A stretch of DNA of 64,000 bases from Lama glama (Eukaryota). Position numbers and translations under genes: made by a program. This document shows, in pieces, positions 26,631 to 40,800 of the stretch (position 1 is its first letter; every line of letters begins with the position of its first letter). The stretch lies in contig CM052817.1 of assembly GCA_028534125.1 (NCBI GenBank), positions 22,446,001 to 22,510,000 on the forward strand. Direction: 5' to 3'. The notes under the pieces are model-generated. The model did no database searches, was not told the DNA's origin, and saw only the letters and a list, made by a program, of their open reading frames with translations.

Positions 26631-28689
26631 GCTTTCATATAAGCCATGTAAGTTATCAGAAGTATGACCATTCCACAAAATGACCACACTATAGAAAGCA
26701 TTATTTACCTTTTCTCACAAATGTCATTATCCTGTATAATACTTCTAAACTACAGTTTTCTTGAAGTCATTCTTCACTTAGGACTTAGAAGTAAACATCC
26801 CTCTAATTACTGCTTCTCAACATTGCTTATAAGACACAACTAGCCAGGTAAGTTGCTACTTTTACTGCTTATCTGCCATTGACCAATAGATAAACCGTAG
26901 ATGAGTTAACTAATCTCTCTGGATTCAGTGTTGTTATCCACAAAGTAATGAACGAAATATATAAAGTTAAATCCAGAGAACATTTGTTCTATCAGTACAC
27001 ACTGCAGTACTGTACCAAAATCAATCTTAACAGAAGATCTACAAGACTGACAAAGTAATTTCAATGCAAATCTGTGATTTGGATGAGGCACTAGGATAGA
27101 TAGGTTGGATGTCTTAGTTTTGAAATGAGGTTTTTCAAGATCAGAAATTTGTCTTCAATTTTCTCAGATAGTGAGGCAATTCAGTCACCTACAGTGCTGG
27201 ATAAAACAGAGGCACTGAAATTAGACATATTTATATGTATTTGTAAAACCAAATGAAATCTTTGTTTTATTCTTACTAAGATATTCTTTCTTTGTTCAAC
27301 TTAGGTTGAGAAACCTCTATTTTTTTTTTATTGCAGTCTGCAAAGAGCGATTGTACACTTCCAAAAATCAAATGAGGTGGAGATTATTTAAAGATCTTTT
27401 ATGGGAAGTTTAGAAGCTTAAGATACTGTGTGTGCCCTGAAGAAATTTCATCATTAGGTGCTTTGAAAGCCCTGATTTGTGTTTCGCTGTCTTGATATGT
27501 CTTTAGTTCTTTTAATCAATGAACACAACTGCTCCATATAGCCCCTAAGGTAGGAGTTGCCATAAACAGTCAGTTTTCATTGTAAGAAAAAAGCAAACTG
27601 AAAGGGTGTTCCAGAATATGTTTGCTAGTGTCTCTGACAGAAGTTTTCAGTCACCCTACGGCCACCACACATTCTGAATGGTAAATGCATCTTTCACTAG
27701 AATCAGTGCCCTCCGTATTCTCTGGTAATTTCATTTTGGTGTCAATTTAAAAAAGTAAATGACGGAAGAATTTAAAAATTTTTTTGATTGGTTAAGCAAG
27801 TATGATCACAAAACTTCTAATCAAAGAGAGGCCTTTAAACATTATTCCCAGTTTGTACAGATCTCTATCCGGTCTTAAGAATAAATTTCAAGTTCTTTCA
27901 CTTATCAAATGGCACCTAATAAGGCTAGAGGAAGAGCTTAGGGTGGAAAGCATAACCATAGACTGGAGAGTAATTCTCTATGCAGCAGTGAATGTTTGGC
28001 ATGATAGTACCTAACTTAAGAATATAGCCTTTTTAATTAGGCAGCTCTGGGTCATGTCTGAGTTCTACCATTCACTAATTATGTCAATTCGTTAAAGACT
28101 GAATTTTGCTAACTTCAGTTACCTCTTTAATAAAATGGGGATATTAACAGTATTTACCTCCCATGGTTATTTAAAGTATAAAAAGAGAGTGCACACGAAG
28201 GAGTTGGTCCAGTTTATATGTAATACAGTTTAGCACTCTTCCCCCTCCTCCCTCTCCTCCTCTTCTTCCTCCTGCTTCTCCTCGGCACTAGGATTTTATG
28301 ATGGAACTAGAGATCTGAAAATCTGGCAACTTTTATAAAATCTCCCCAGACCTTTGTTCTTATCCCAAAGTATCACCCTCTAAAGACATTTTCTATAATA
28401 CCGATCTAAATTAGTCCTAACAAGTAATTCTGTCTTTCTACCCCATTTTATTTTTTTCTAGCATTGAAAATCATTATCTTGTTTATTTATCTACTTACTA
28501 TTTCATAATTAATTTTCAATCCCAATGTCTGCCTGTGAGAGGAGACCTTGCCTCGTCATGCTCTATATATCCAGGCACCTAGGAGGCACTTGGTAAATAT
28601 TCCTTAAATGAAGGAATGAAAGCTCATCCTCTTCTTGATTCTTCACCACAAGAGTCAACTGTTTATTATGAAAAGAGACCACTGGGAAC

Positions 28690-29150
28690 ATCTATTAATG
28701 ACACATAATTTAGACTTAGTGCAGCAAAGGAAAATGACAGCTTGACAAAGGTCTTAGTGTCTAAAAACAGAAAACTGGGAAAACTGGGGTATGGCATAGT
28801 TGCATTTTAAGGGCTTGAGCCAAGTGATGTTGAGGTGAGACTTCCAGGGTTAGGAAGTAGCTGGATGACTATTATAATGTAATGGTTTTGGGACTTATGG
28901 GTGCAGCAAGATGAAGGACATGAACTGAGTCATGATACTGCTTAGTTTTTTTGGTGTCTTATTGTCTAGGAACTAGTATTTCCTGAGGTAAGCATCTGAA
29001 TTATTTTTGCCTGTTCTTAGTATTGCTGAGCAAAGAACAGGAAATTATGCTTCATTCATGATTGTTTAACACAGACCAGGAAGTATTACTGGACCCATTA
29101 TTGTTTAACATGGGGACAGGGAATTATTTGGTTTCAGTTATTAAAGCTTT
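28690..29150 (-). mobile_element. Old LTR-like element with internal ~40-bp degenerate tandem repeats
   Basis: Three related units at 29021-29140 (attg(c/t)t...a.c....cagg.a.tat). Family not assigned. Confidence 0.4.
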
Positions 29151-31244
29151 ATTTTTCTTTTGACACATGGATTATCTTCTTATTTTTGCACTATCATTGT
29201 TTTTGTATATTATAGCTTGACTCAATTTTGATTTAAGTTTTCATTGGTGTTTTTGCATTACATTATACAAGAGTTCCTCTTGTAGTTTTTTCTATCTCCT
29301 TTACAGAATAAACTTTTATTGTTCCCACACATTCAATGCATGTCCAAATTCAGGCAAAGGCTTCCTTGAAATTTTTAAGCTTCCCTCACTATCTAGATAT
29401 ACCACACATTGTCACCTCTTCACATGTAATCTGTTTGCAGTTGATTCCTAAATATTACATTTTTATTATGAACTTTCTCCTGGGTTTCAGTCCACTCATG
29501 TATAAACTAGGTCACATGTATAAGATATTATTCTGTCTTTACATCCTTGTCTATATATTTTAATATTGACCAGTGGGCCTTCTCTCATATTTTTTTTTAA
29601 AAGTTCCATTACCGATTCTATTATTTGGATGGGCTTGATGCTTTGGAAATTAATTTTTTTCAATCACTGACTCCTCATTCCTATCCTATTATGATTTTTG
29701 GTTGGTATTAGTAACAATAGTTGCAGTGTCTCCCTTAATAACCTTTCTGTTTCATTCCACAGCCAAGAATATAGTTTAGTCTCATCAATTGATGCATGAC
29801 TTTTTTTTTTATAAACAGGCATTTTATGGTTTTTTAATGACTTTCTCTTTAACTCCACATTCACATGGTAGCCAGATTAAATTTCCTAAAAATTTGCTTG
29901 ACCTGTTATTTAAAAATTTTCAGTGGCATGGAATTTCCAAAAATTTAACACTTTTATAACACCACTGTAGCTTAATATTTATTATTATTTACAATGAGTC
30001 CCTGGCTAATCTCAGTGAGATTTTAGGTAAAATTTTTTTCTACAGTTTTTCTATATCACTGAACTAGCCATGCTGGATCACTTCTCTGTTTTGAATATGT
30101 CCTGCATTTTCTCCATTCCTGATCACATATTCTTCTTGCTTGAAATACTCTTTCTCTCAGTCCTACTCATCTTTGAATTCCCATTTCAAATTCCTCTTCC
30201 ACTAAATGTTCCAAAGTAGTCTAATCCACAGGGCTCGGTAAGTCTTAGAAGGTAATGGACTCAATGACAATGTTCATTAGTAATGCAGAATATATTGCCT
30301 TGACATTGGCTGTCAATTCACTGATTTTATTTGTGTTTGGTTTGTCTCCCTATATTAGATATACAAAATCTCAAGATTAGAGAGTTTTTCATACACCCTT
30401 TTAGGCACTCTGAAGACTTTACTTTGCACATTATAGTTTAAAACCAGCATCTTGGTTGTTGAGTGTCATCATTTTAGAGAAAGGCCTAGGCGTGGTTCCT
30501 AGAAAGCTCTCTGAAAAGCTAGGGCTGCAAGGTAGAAATGCAGAGTGATTTGGTTCACTGGGAGTTAACAAGCAGGTGAAAGAATAAACAAGCTAGAGCA
30601 TCTGAGAATTGTTCTGAAATGAAAAGTACCTGCAGGCCCTTCAGGCAGCACTGAAAATATCCTTATTTAATAGGCTATAGTACTCCTCAGCTTTTTCTGC
30701 CATAATGTATTGTCTTTGTTTCTATCCTATTAAATGTGCCAAATATATTGAAGTCAATTTGTTTCTAGTCTCTCCATAAAAAAAAACAAAAAAGTTTATC
30801 ATTTTCTAGGACTCTTCAAAGTTATAAAAGACAACAAAACTACATTTTCAAATATTTTGCACACAAAACTGTTTGCAAAGTAAAGCCCAGAATATTTCCA
30901 TTAGTAGCGCAGTTTCCTTTAGGGAAGATATAAATATGTTTATTATTTTATTGCCTCAATTGTTGGTCTTTGAATAAATGTGTTTTAAAAGTAGAAAGTA
31001 GCACATAGTAAGTCTTCAAGAAGCCCATATTTATTGAATTTAAAGGTACAGGGTAGTCAAATTCAGTTTTTTCTCTTCTGTATTTTTTGTATCTTACTTA
31101 CTGAATAGAATATTTTCCCCCCAAGTATCTACTTGATTCTGCCTCTAGAAAATGAAGCAGTTAAGGAATTTCTGGAAGATGCTAACTTCATTTCTATGTA
31201 CTTAGTAAAATGACATTTCCCATTCATCCATTAATTATTTTTGA

Positions 31245-31480
31245 AGAAGTATTTCCCAAGTGTTCTGAGGAATCCTAGTCTCATCAGATCATAAGATGTA
31301 GTTTAAGAAAAAAAAGTCTAGGCTCAAGTACACTGGGGAAAACTGTCTGTTTAACATTAAGCTGCAGATTCACAGTGCACATTTCAATTTTAAAGGCTCT
31401 GAGGAGTCCTGCAGAAAATAAACTCATTTACTTTATATTTCATTTAGAGTTTTCCTAGCATTTTTTGTAGTGTTCTATGA
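31245..31480. mobile_element. MER103C-like DNA transposon
   Basis: 'gtatttcccaagtgttc...gattcacagtgcacatt...aaaggctctgaggagtcctgcag'. Confidence 0.6.
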
Positions 31481-31771
31481 AGCAGTATTTTTCAAAATAT
31501 CTCTGTTAAATCATCATGGTATAATACTATAATACTTTTATAAAATACTGTAAATATGTCATTGTAAACATTACATAAAAAGATAAGCGCTCTGGTGTTC
31601 ATTTTTAGCTTCAACAGAGAGACCACTTCCACATTTCTAGAAAATTCAAAATACTTACACCCAGTTTCTTTGTGGATTAAGCCCGGTTCACATCTAATCA
31701 TAGTTTGATTAGCATAGCTACAGTATACATTGATTGCCAAGGTTCTAGAAATTTCTTTAGGTTAGTTATAG

Positions 31772-32236
31772 TGTGAAAGAAAAGCCGGGCTGGTCTAACA
31801 AGATAACTCACAAGTCTAGGAATGTGAAGGAGAAGCTGGGCTGGGCTAACAAAATAACTCACAAATCTAAGTATCAGAATACTGATCTGAGTTCTGCTGG
31901 ACTAACTTGTAAATCTAAGTTAATTAGTGTTGGTTTGCTGTTCATGTTTTTTTGCTAGCCAGCTGGATTTTCAAAGATATATATCTGGCTTTGGAATGTT
32001 GGTTTGCTGCCTCCCTGCCTCCACTTTTGTGATAATGATGCTGTTAAAGCTGTTCCATGCCTATTGGCCGAATACCCCAAGCTTGTACTTTACCCTATAA
32101 AATCTCATGCACACATCCGGGAGGTGCTCAGAGCTTTGGAGCAGAAGCCCCTCTGAGCCTGCCAGCGTAATACATCTGAGTACTCCAAACTTCTGAGTGG
32201 TGCTTGTTTCTTGGCTGGCCTGTCATTTCCGTAACA
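31772..32236 (+). mobile_element. Complete solo ERV1-type LTR (465 bp) with perfect 4-bp TSD
   Basis: ATAG|TGTG...TAACA|ATAG. TATAAAA at ~32096, AATACA at ~32169, 51-bp tandem duplication in U3 (31772-31822 / 31823-31873). Confidence 0.9.
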
Positions 32237-32872
32237 ATAGAATAACTGATAAGAACATAACTGGTGAAGTTAATAACTTTAAATGTTTTCAGCAAAGTCC
32301 ACTCACTTAGGATATATCATACTCATTATTTTCTATATTAAGAGGAAAATAACCCATGGTCTAGCTAGTTTACTGCCCCTTCTCCAGTCTACTTTCCTTT
32401 AGATTGGTTTTTCCCACATATAAATTTATTTGTGTAAAGTAATATTTTGTTGTAATTGTTGTTCCTGCTACAATGTATAGATTGACTTTTTGTGCATTGC
32501 AGTTTATTAATCTTCTTTTGGTCTAATTCATTATTGGAAGATAATTGGCTTTGGGCATAAAGGATTAAGAATCTGACAGGAGAGGGTGGAGGATTAGGGA
32601 TCAGCTGAGGAGAAGGATAGAACAGTGACTATAATAATAATGTCTTGAGTATCTTCTTCAAGTACTTCAGATGTGACTTAATGATTCATCACATATTGAC
32701 TCTGTTAAAAGATCATGATACTGAAAGCCAAACACTGAGCTCCTTTAATGTCAGAATCCTCAGTGTCTTGAGTGAGTTTGATTTGGATGTAAGAATTATC
32801 TACTTCCAGCAGCCAGTCCTTAGCCTTGGCCAGTTCCCTTGTCAAGAACCAGTGGAGTTTGGTGGTCTGTTT

Positions 32873-32935
32873 CAGTGGTTTCTAAATTCTGGATTGCAGC
32901 ATGTGAATTGGCTGACTTTTGAGGGGAGATTTGAA

Positions 32936-32978
<43 letters not shown>

Positions 32979-33125
32979 TAGATAGATAGACAGATAGGAA
33001 TATAGCTATCTATCCATACATTACCCCTCACTACATCATACTAGCTTAGGGATCTGAGGTAGAGCCAAGTTTGTGCCACTGCTAATCCTCAATCCCATTC
33101 TGATGTGCAGCCAGTTTGGGAAACT
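32873..33125. mobile_element. MER5A-like element interrupted by (GATA)n
   Basis: 'cagtggtttctaaa...' and '...ttctgatgtgcagccagtttgggaaac' ends. (GATA)n microsatellite at ~32937-32997. Confidence 0.65.
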
Positions 33126-33769
33126 AATTCACCATGGCATAAACCTTTGGAGAAGTATGATTTTGTGATACACGGCACCTTCTTCTTTAGTCTAGCTCCC
33201 CTACTTTCTCAGAGGGTTTGGGGGAGTGAGAAATCTTGAGGAAGCCCAGATCTAGAGAAGTAATGGCATTTTAGCCATTACAATTTTAAATGCTTCTGTC
33301 AGTATGTAAATGACTTTCAGGGTTTGGGCAACCACATGTATGATTGTGGTCCATAAAGTCCTCCCAAAGAACATAGGGATTTAATAGTAGCTACTATGAT
33401 TTAAACACAAAAAGTAATGCAAGGATGAGTGCCAGTGAATGATGCTTGTGCTTGTAACTTTCAGATCTTCTAGCTCCACATTTGTCTATCTCTGCTTAAT
33501 CTATTATCTCTAGACTGCTTGTAATTAATCTATTTATTTTGTGTTTAATCTTTGCTTTCTTAGCTATGTCTTCCTCTGGTTTGTTGAGTTATCGGTGTCT
33601 TTCCTAATCTAAACTGACTTCTGGAGCCAGTCACTATGCAGACACTGGGCTAGCCTCCACCACGAACTGCCCTCTGGCCTGCTGACATCTAGCATGCCCT
33701 CAGAGTGGCTATCAATCTACTGTAGCTTTCCTAAAGGTGTACCTATTTATATAGCAATAAGGGATTCTG

Positions 33770-34278
33770 GAAAAAAAAAAAAAAGAACACTTTCTTACTA
33801 CCTAGACTCACCAGAAGGCCTTAAGATTCCCCTCAGCTTGACTAAACTTTTTGAGAAACTTCTTCTTGCATCAAGGCCTCTGACCTCCCTTTTCTTAGAA
33901 CGTTTACTTTAGAAAACTTGTAACTGAAAAGTTCTTCTCTGTCCCTGTGAGAATTAAAACTTTAAAAAGCCTTTGGGCAGTTTTACAACCCAGGACTGTC
34001 TTTCTCAAGGACCCGAGCCTTTGAAATGTAATCAAGGAAGATGGTGCCCTTCCAGTCTCTGTGGGAGGGGAGAGGCTTAACTTTACTGGGTGCCTTGGTC
34101 CAAGTTGTAAAAGGACTTCAAATCATAAAGCTACTGGACAATTTACTTTTTCTTTGGGTAAGGCTAATTAGCCAACACAAATGGCCTATGATCACCTGTC
34201 TCCACCAATACAATAGTCTTGAATAAAGTCTTTCTTGCCTGTTTTAACTTTATCTCGCACACTTTTTGCTTTGATACA
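33770..34278 (+). mobile_element. Solo ERV1 LTR (MER39-like), copy 2
   Basis: Homologous to 19163-19700. AATAAA at ~34222, ends ...ttgataCA. Confidence 0.75.
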
Positions 34279-34825
34279 ACTAATTTTTTGTATGTTAATC
34301 TAAATATAGAGACTGCTAAGATATTCTACTACTAATTTCAAAATTATGAAATAATCTGACAATATTATTTTCTTTAAAATCCTTGTTTATTTTATACTGC
34401 TGATACATTATTTTGTATCTGATAATATCAGACCACTTTGCACCACTTAAACAAATGTAAACATAGCCCACATAATAATTTATATCAAACTATAGAATAT
34501 TATTTTTAATTCTAAACCAGTCTTATTTATACACCTGATGAAATAGAATAATATTTGTTTTCCAATTAAATAATATTTTAGATATTTTTCTAAGCACTTA
34601 TTCTCCCTTTTAAATGCTCCAATGTCCTGAATTTTTCCATCTCGTATTTGCTCTATTATGTCACATTAGTTTTTAACTACACGATTCATCTGAAATAATG
34701 GCCATCATTATTCCCTTGTATGCTATAATTTTATAATAATATGTGGTTATTTCAATTTCTAATGGTTCTGACTGAATTTTTAAAGACTTATCTCTGAGTG
34801 TTCTTTTAGTATTTTAGCTTGATTT

Positions 34826-35440
34826 TGCTAGGCAGTTAGATAGAAATGAGCACCGGGCAAGGGGAGAGGGAGGGGCAGGGAGCAACCGAGAATGCAGCAC
34901 GCAGTATGCCTGTGCTTAGGATAAGGGGCCCGCCAAAATTTTACTTTGTCTAAAAATGAAGGCCAGCAAAGCCGACTAGAATCGAATGCTGCAGCTGCAC
35001 AGTAGAGAGAAAGGCCCGGCTTAACTTGACCCAATGCTCACTATAATATAATTAACATTACAGTTTTAGCTCCCACCAGTAGGTTTCTCTGTTTGTATCA
35101 CGGGTAAAAACATGCATAAAAGAGATGGGCATGCCTGAGCACAAGGAACATGAGCTGTCAGTCATCCTGAGCTCTCAAAGAACAGAAGCCATCAATAACC
35201 AATCAGGAGACCGTCCCCTAAGCCAGGATATGAGAACAGGAAAAACAAAGGAGCCATGCTGTTTTTCCTTTCTTGAATTGGCCCAACACCAATTCCTGGG
35301 GGTGTACTATATTTTACTACCTTTTTACTTCACTAATAAAATCTGCTGTTTATATTACACTGTCTGTCTCCCGTTAGAAATTCATATTTTTGGGGTGACT
35401 AAGAACCGAGGTAACTTTTATTCCCTTCTTCCTTGTAACA
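34826..35440 (+). mobile_element. Complete solo ERV LTR (615 bp)
   Basis: attt|TGCTAGG...GTAACA|gttt (4-bp TSD, 1 mismatch). CCAAT at 35199, AATAAA at 35335-35340, several CpGs retained. Confidence 0.85.
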
Positions 35441-37559
35441 GTTTTATAATATTTTCTAAAATGAGAATTGAATAAAACTGTCATATGTATTTTACAATGT
35501 TTTTTTTCCTTTGTAAGAGTTTATTCATTTTTATTGGATTTATTTTTCAAAAGAGTGTTCATTGTAAAATAAAGTAGAATTATATAATAATTTCTGGACT
35601 TTTCAATAATCACTTACTGAATGATAGAAGCTTTTTATAATATTCAAGAGAAATTATTATTGCTTAGCAGTCATTTTGGCATTTTCTTACTCATATGCCT
35701 CTAGAATGCATTTAAGGACTATTTCTTACTTTTAATTCAAAATAGTAAGATTCAAATGTTCTATTTAAAGCATTAAGGATATATTATTTGATTTAATTTT
35801 CTGCATTTTGTTTTGTTTTTCACTTCATATTCACCAACTAGCTGTGGTTTGATCCATGGCTGTTAACTCTTGGAGATGCACCTTTACAAAACTCATCACA
35901 AATAAAAGCCTTGGTTTAAAAAGTAGACAGGTAAGATTGTAGATGAGGATTTTTAACTGTATTTTCTCATGTAAGATAATTCAATTAAGTTTGATTTTTA
36001 GGCTAAAGAAACAGAAGCACAGAGAGGTTAAGTAAGCTGCCTGAAGTTGCATTGTTAGCAGGGGCACACTAGGACCCAACGCAGGGTCTCAGGAAGTGAG
36101 TGGATATTTTCCATTTCTGCCCCCTAAAGCATTACCTGGCACATCCTTATGATTTGAGGTCTAATTTGCTCTATGCTTTTGATCATTTTGCACTGCTAAA
36201 ATCCATTGATCTTGGGAAAATCACCCTGTGTGGTAGACAATGCTAGAACTAAATGTGAAATATCACAATTCGGTCATCTGTAATCAAAATCAGATATTCA
36301 GTTTTTAATTTCAGTATTTTGATGTGCTCCGAGGTAACTGTACGCCTGCATTCTAAAGTAAGGGACTTCATGTATTTTGAAAACTGTTTTTCTCTATTCC
36401 CAGTTTCCCCTGAATTTTACATGGCTTGAAGTGATTTCTGCAGCCTCTCGACCCATCTCAGCACAGACTGGACGGTAAGCATCCCCTGGAGAGACTCGAA
36501 TTCCCTTTCTTTAAATTAGCTGATTATGGGCCTAGATAGATGTCATTCTCTCTGAGGTGTGGAACTGCTTCCTCTAAAATGACCAGTCTCTACAGACCAA
36601 TTAAGCAAAGGAATGCTGAGCCTGCTTCCGACAGGTAAAGCTCTCAAAACACACAGCAACTGGCAGCCTATGTACCTCTAAGCAATTTCTCTGAGAGAAT
36701 TTTCTGAAAGGTTGAGCTAATGGGTTTGAGTACAGCTGTGCGCAATGTTTTGCAGAGCCAGCAAAACTAAGGAAATGTGCGTTTTTGCCAGTTTCCTAGA
36801 ACTCTGCTCTCATCATCAACAAGGCTGCAGAGAAGTGCAGAGGATTCCTGATCACTCCTAAAGACCGCTTTTCATCGGCGTAGGCAGCGGTTTTGAACTC
36901 AGACCACCCTGTGGCCTTTAGCTGCTTAAACATAAAGGGCAAGTCAAGTTTTATTGAGTAGATTTGGCTAAGCTTATACTTTCATCTTTTCCCCAAAGCT
37001 TTTGTCTTCTCTGCAAGGGGAATTTTGCAGCAGCCTCTTCTGCATAATGATATCTGAAATGCTGTCACTGCTAATCAATCTCAGACTTTTTGGACGGAGC
37101 ATCATATATTACATGGGAATCAAACTGCATACATTTTCTTTATTTAACATTAACTCTATTTCAGTATCGTGAGTGGAATGAACCTAGGCTCTAGAGTCCA
37201 ACAGGTTTGGATTCGAAACTTGAGTTCAGTTACCAAATAGTGAGTATTCCTGGATACGTTAGTTAACCCTTTCCTATTAGCCTTGTTATTCTCAATTCTC
37301 TGCTCACAGGTGTGGTACCCACATCTGCCCGCATATCTGCAGTGTATTTAAAGAGTGCCTGGTATAATATACCCTCTCAATGAGTGTCTCTTCCTCATCC
37401 ATATTCTGTGTATTTCTAAGAAGAAAATCAGTCTTGAATTTTTTTTAATTATGTTTTTAGTAGAAGACATCACTGAGTTTTCCAACCATACTTCTACGTT
37501 CACTAACATGATTTCCCACTCAGGAAAGAACAGTGTTTTGGATTAATCTGATCCATGAA

Positions 37560-37862
37560 CTATTCTTCTGCGATCTACAAGCTGAGCATTATTTTTTATG
37601 TTTTAAGGGTAGGATTTAAAAAAAGCGAAAACAAAAATAATGGTTTGTGACACAGGAAAATGATATGAAATTAAAATTTCAGTGTCCATAAATAAAGTGT
37701 AATTGGAACTCAGATATGTTCTTCTATTTAGGTATTGTGTTTGGGCTCCCTTAGTGCCACAAAGACCTGGTGGAGTAATTGCAAAAGAAACCAGATAGCT
37801 TGAAAAGCCTAAAATATGGACTATCTGGTCCTTTAAAGATAAAGTTTACAGACCCATGGTCT
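37560..37862. mobile_element. MER58B-like DNA transposon
   Basis: 'gaaattaaaatttcagtgtccataaataaag...aagcctaaaatatggactatctggtccttta..gataaagtttacagaccc'. Confidence 0.75.
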
Positions 37863-40800
37863 GGAATATCAGGTATGATCATGTCAGTATAATAAAAATG
37901 ACTTCATTGAGTAGATCACTGCTCAGAAAGTATCAACTCAGATATCAAAATTTAATATGGAACCAAACAAAATATTCACAATGACTTTATTGTCGTTTAG
38001 TGTGTGTTTGTTTTCTGGGATGTGAATCACAGAGATGGGGGAATAAAGTCCAACCACGTATTTTGTTCCAGAGAACTCAGTCTGTTGTCAGGAATCTCTG
38101 AAGCCCTAGTTTTTCTAGCAAACTTCTCTTGCAATTTGTGTAACTCACTGTCTTGCCTAGGAGTCAAGTTTCCTGTTTGTAATCAAATAACCACTAGCAT
38201 CAATCATATTTAAGGTTCTAAAATTTAAGTTGAGTAGGTTCTTACTACCCTTTATCCAAATGTCCCTTATGACTCTTGAACTTAATATTTTATTTAACAC
38301 CAAAATAAAGATTATGTTAATGCTTATATACATTTTTTTGAAAAGCCTACTCTTTAACTTAGTGACTTTTAAATTAAGTTGGTCACAGTTTGCTTTAGGA
38401 AATAACAGAAAACACAGTGCATTAATTTTTTTGGCACTGTGGGCTGCTGGACTACAAAACGATTAAAAAGCACATTCTTTTGTTCTTTATACTTCAGAGT
38501 TTCCTTTAATATTCTAAGTAGTTCTAAAGATGTTGTACTTTAATTGAGAGCTCTATAAATTTAGTGCATTTCATTTAAATAATAAAATTGGAGAAATGCA
38601 TAGGAAAAAAGTCGAGGAAAGGAACAGATTATGTTTTTTTGTGTCCTTGTAACCATGTCCTCTTCTTTTCAAATTTCGATCCCAAAATAAATGTGTCCGT
38701 GTACCTGCACATTCAAATGAAAAGATGGATGAAGGACAAAAGGATTCAGATCCAAAGAAACAGAACAGTAAAATAAGCTGTTAAAAATCAGGGCAGCATG
38801 ATAGGCAGGAAACAATTAGGGCACTGCAATTCAGAGATAGGGAGAAGGAGAGGGCAAGGAATAACGTAATATGACAGGTGAAGGATGAGCTGGGGCTTCA
38901 CGTTATAAAGGAGGAAGATGGAGCACTTGGATAGGGAGGGAAAATCAAATGAACATCTGCTGACTCCAAATAAGGTGTCGGCACTCTAAAGGTGAGATAT
39001 GAAACTAAACAGGAAAAGCAGTAGTTAAAGGGCTCCAGGTTGTTTATGAGAAATTAAAGAGGTTCCATGAAGATGAAAGAGATTTATCTGTTCCTGTGAA
39101 AGTAGACATATTCCGTCTTTGGGTGCTTCCTTCTCCAATAGGTATCCAAGGTGCTCATTTATTTTGTAAATTTTTAATAGATTTTTACAATCCTAATGTA
39201 TTGTACATAGTGGATTTTATTTTTAAATACCATAAGTGAAATAATTCTAGTTCAATTTTACTTAAGTGTTACTCAAAAGGAGGTTCATATAGTGTCTCAT
39301 ATGGCTAATTATGTGAAAACTTAAACCGATTGATATTCTGCCTCATAATTAAATATTCAAATATTTACCATGTCATAGTACAACTTTTTCATCTAAGAGG
39401 GTAAAATAGAAGGTCCCTAATTAGTATCTGTGTTATTCCAATTTCACTTCTAATTTGTCTCCTAAAACTCATAGTTCAAAAATGTCTTGACAAAATTAAA
39501 CAAGCAGGTAAATAATAATCATCTTCTGCTCCAAAATAACAAGAACCAAAACAGGAGTAAGAGTAATAATAACAACAGCAATGAAAAGAAGGGCCGGATG
39601 CCCCAGATAATGTAGGATGTTTTCTGACCAAAATTTCCATCTAAATAATATGAACACTACATGAGGAACAGCAGTCTGAAGGAGTCTACATTCTCTCAAT
39701 GTGAGACAAAGATCATTTACCAAAACCTGACAAACTTCATAGCTCTTGAGAAGAAAACAAATAAATACCAGTAAATGTCATCCCATGCCTTACCCTCATG
39801 TCAGTACTCTGTGCCCGGAATGCTGTTATTTACTTAAGAATCATTTGTGCCTCTATCTCTGTGAGCTTCCAGATGATAGCAGTCAGGTGGTACTTTTTCT
39901 CACTAATTTAGAGAAGATGCAATTTTGTTTACTAATTTTTGGAGGCATTCTGACAGAGATTCAATGTGCAAACTGACTTGAACAATTTAAACTCAATTAC
40001 CCATGTGAAGAGAGGCACTTTTTAAAAATAGCTAATGATAATATCACAAGGATATTATGCAGCTAAGATCAAAGAGTAATTTACTGTGATAAGAAAAAAA
40101 AAAAGGGGAGATTTTGTAGTGTCTCTTGAGGAAATGGAAATTCACTTCTTTTTTGTTGTTCACGGATAAGCCTAGAGGGAAATTCATCAGCTTTATATCC
40201 TGAGGTGAATCTATGAAATATATTCTGCAAGCAATAAAAGTAAGTTTGTATTTAAAGTTTCTTAACCACAGCCCTATCATGACTCATCTTTCCAATTCTG
40301 TCAGGACCTTTCTTTTTGTACTCATTTCTTTGACAAAATGTATTCTTAAAATCTAACAAAAATTGCTTGTAAGAGGACCAAAAATCTCAAGACAATACCA
40401 AAAAACTTAAGTTATAACCATTGGAGAGCTATGGTGTTTGCTCTGAAAATGAAATTCCCCATAGACTTAGAACTTCAACTTATTGGAGGTAAATGTAGGC
40501 AGTATTATCCTGAATCACTAAACTCATACAAATACTTACCCCCCAAAAGGGAGATTATATTGTAAGATAATTAATTTTATTTTTCACTAGAACTTGAAAT
40601 TACTACATTTTAAACCAAATATTTATGACCAGTCACATTTAGATTATAGATACCAAGTGACAGTGTATAATTTCATTTAAAAATTACATAACCTGTCAAA
40701 ATGATAAATAAGCACTTACATTTTTGGTAGCTAAATTTTAAGTGATCTCTCTCAAGGGTATTTATGTCTTTATATCCCAGGAGCCCAGCTGTATTCTAAA

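Noticed and set aside
36456..36480. REST/NRSE-like half sites tcagcac...ggacgg
   Set aside because: Non-canonical spacing and mismatches.
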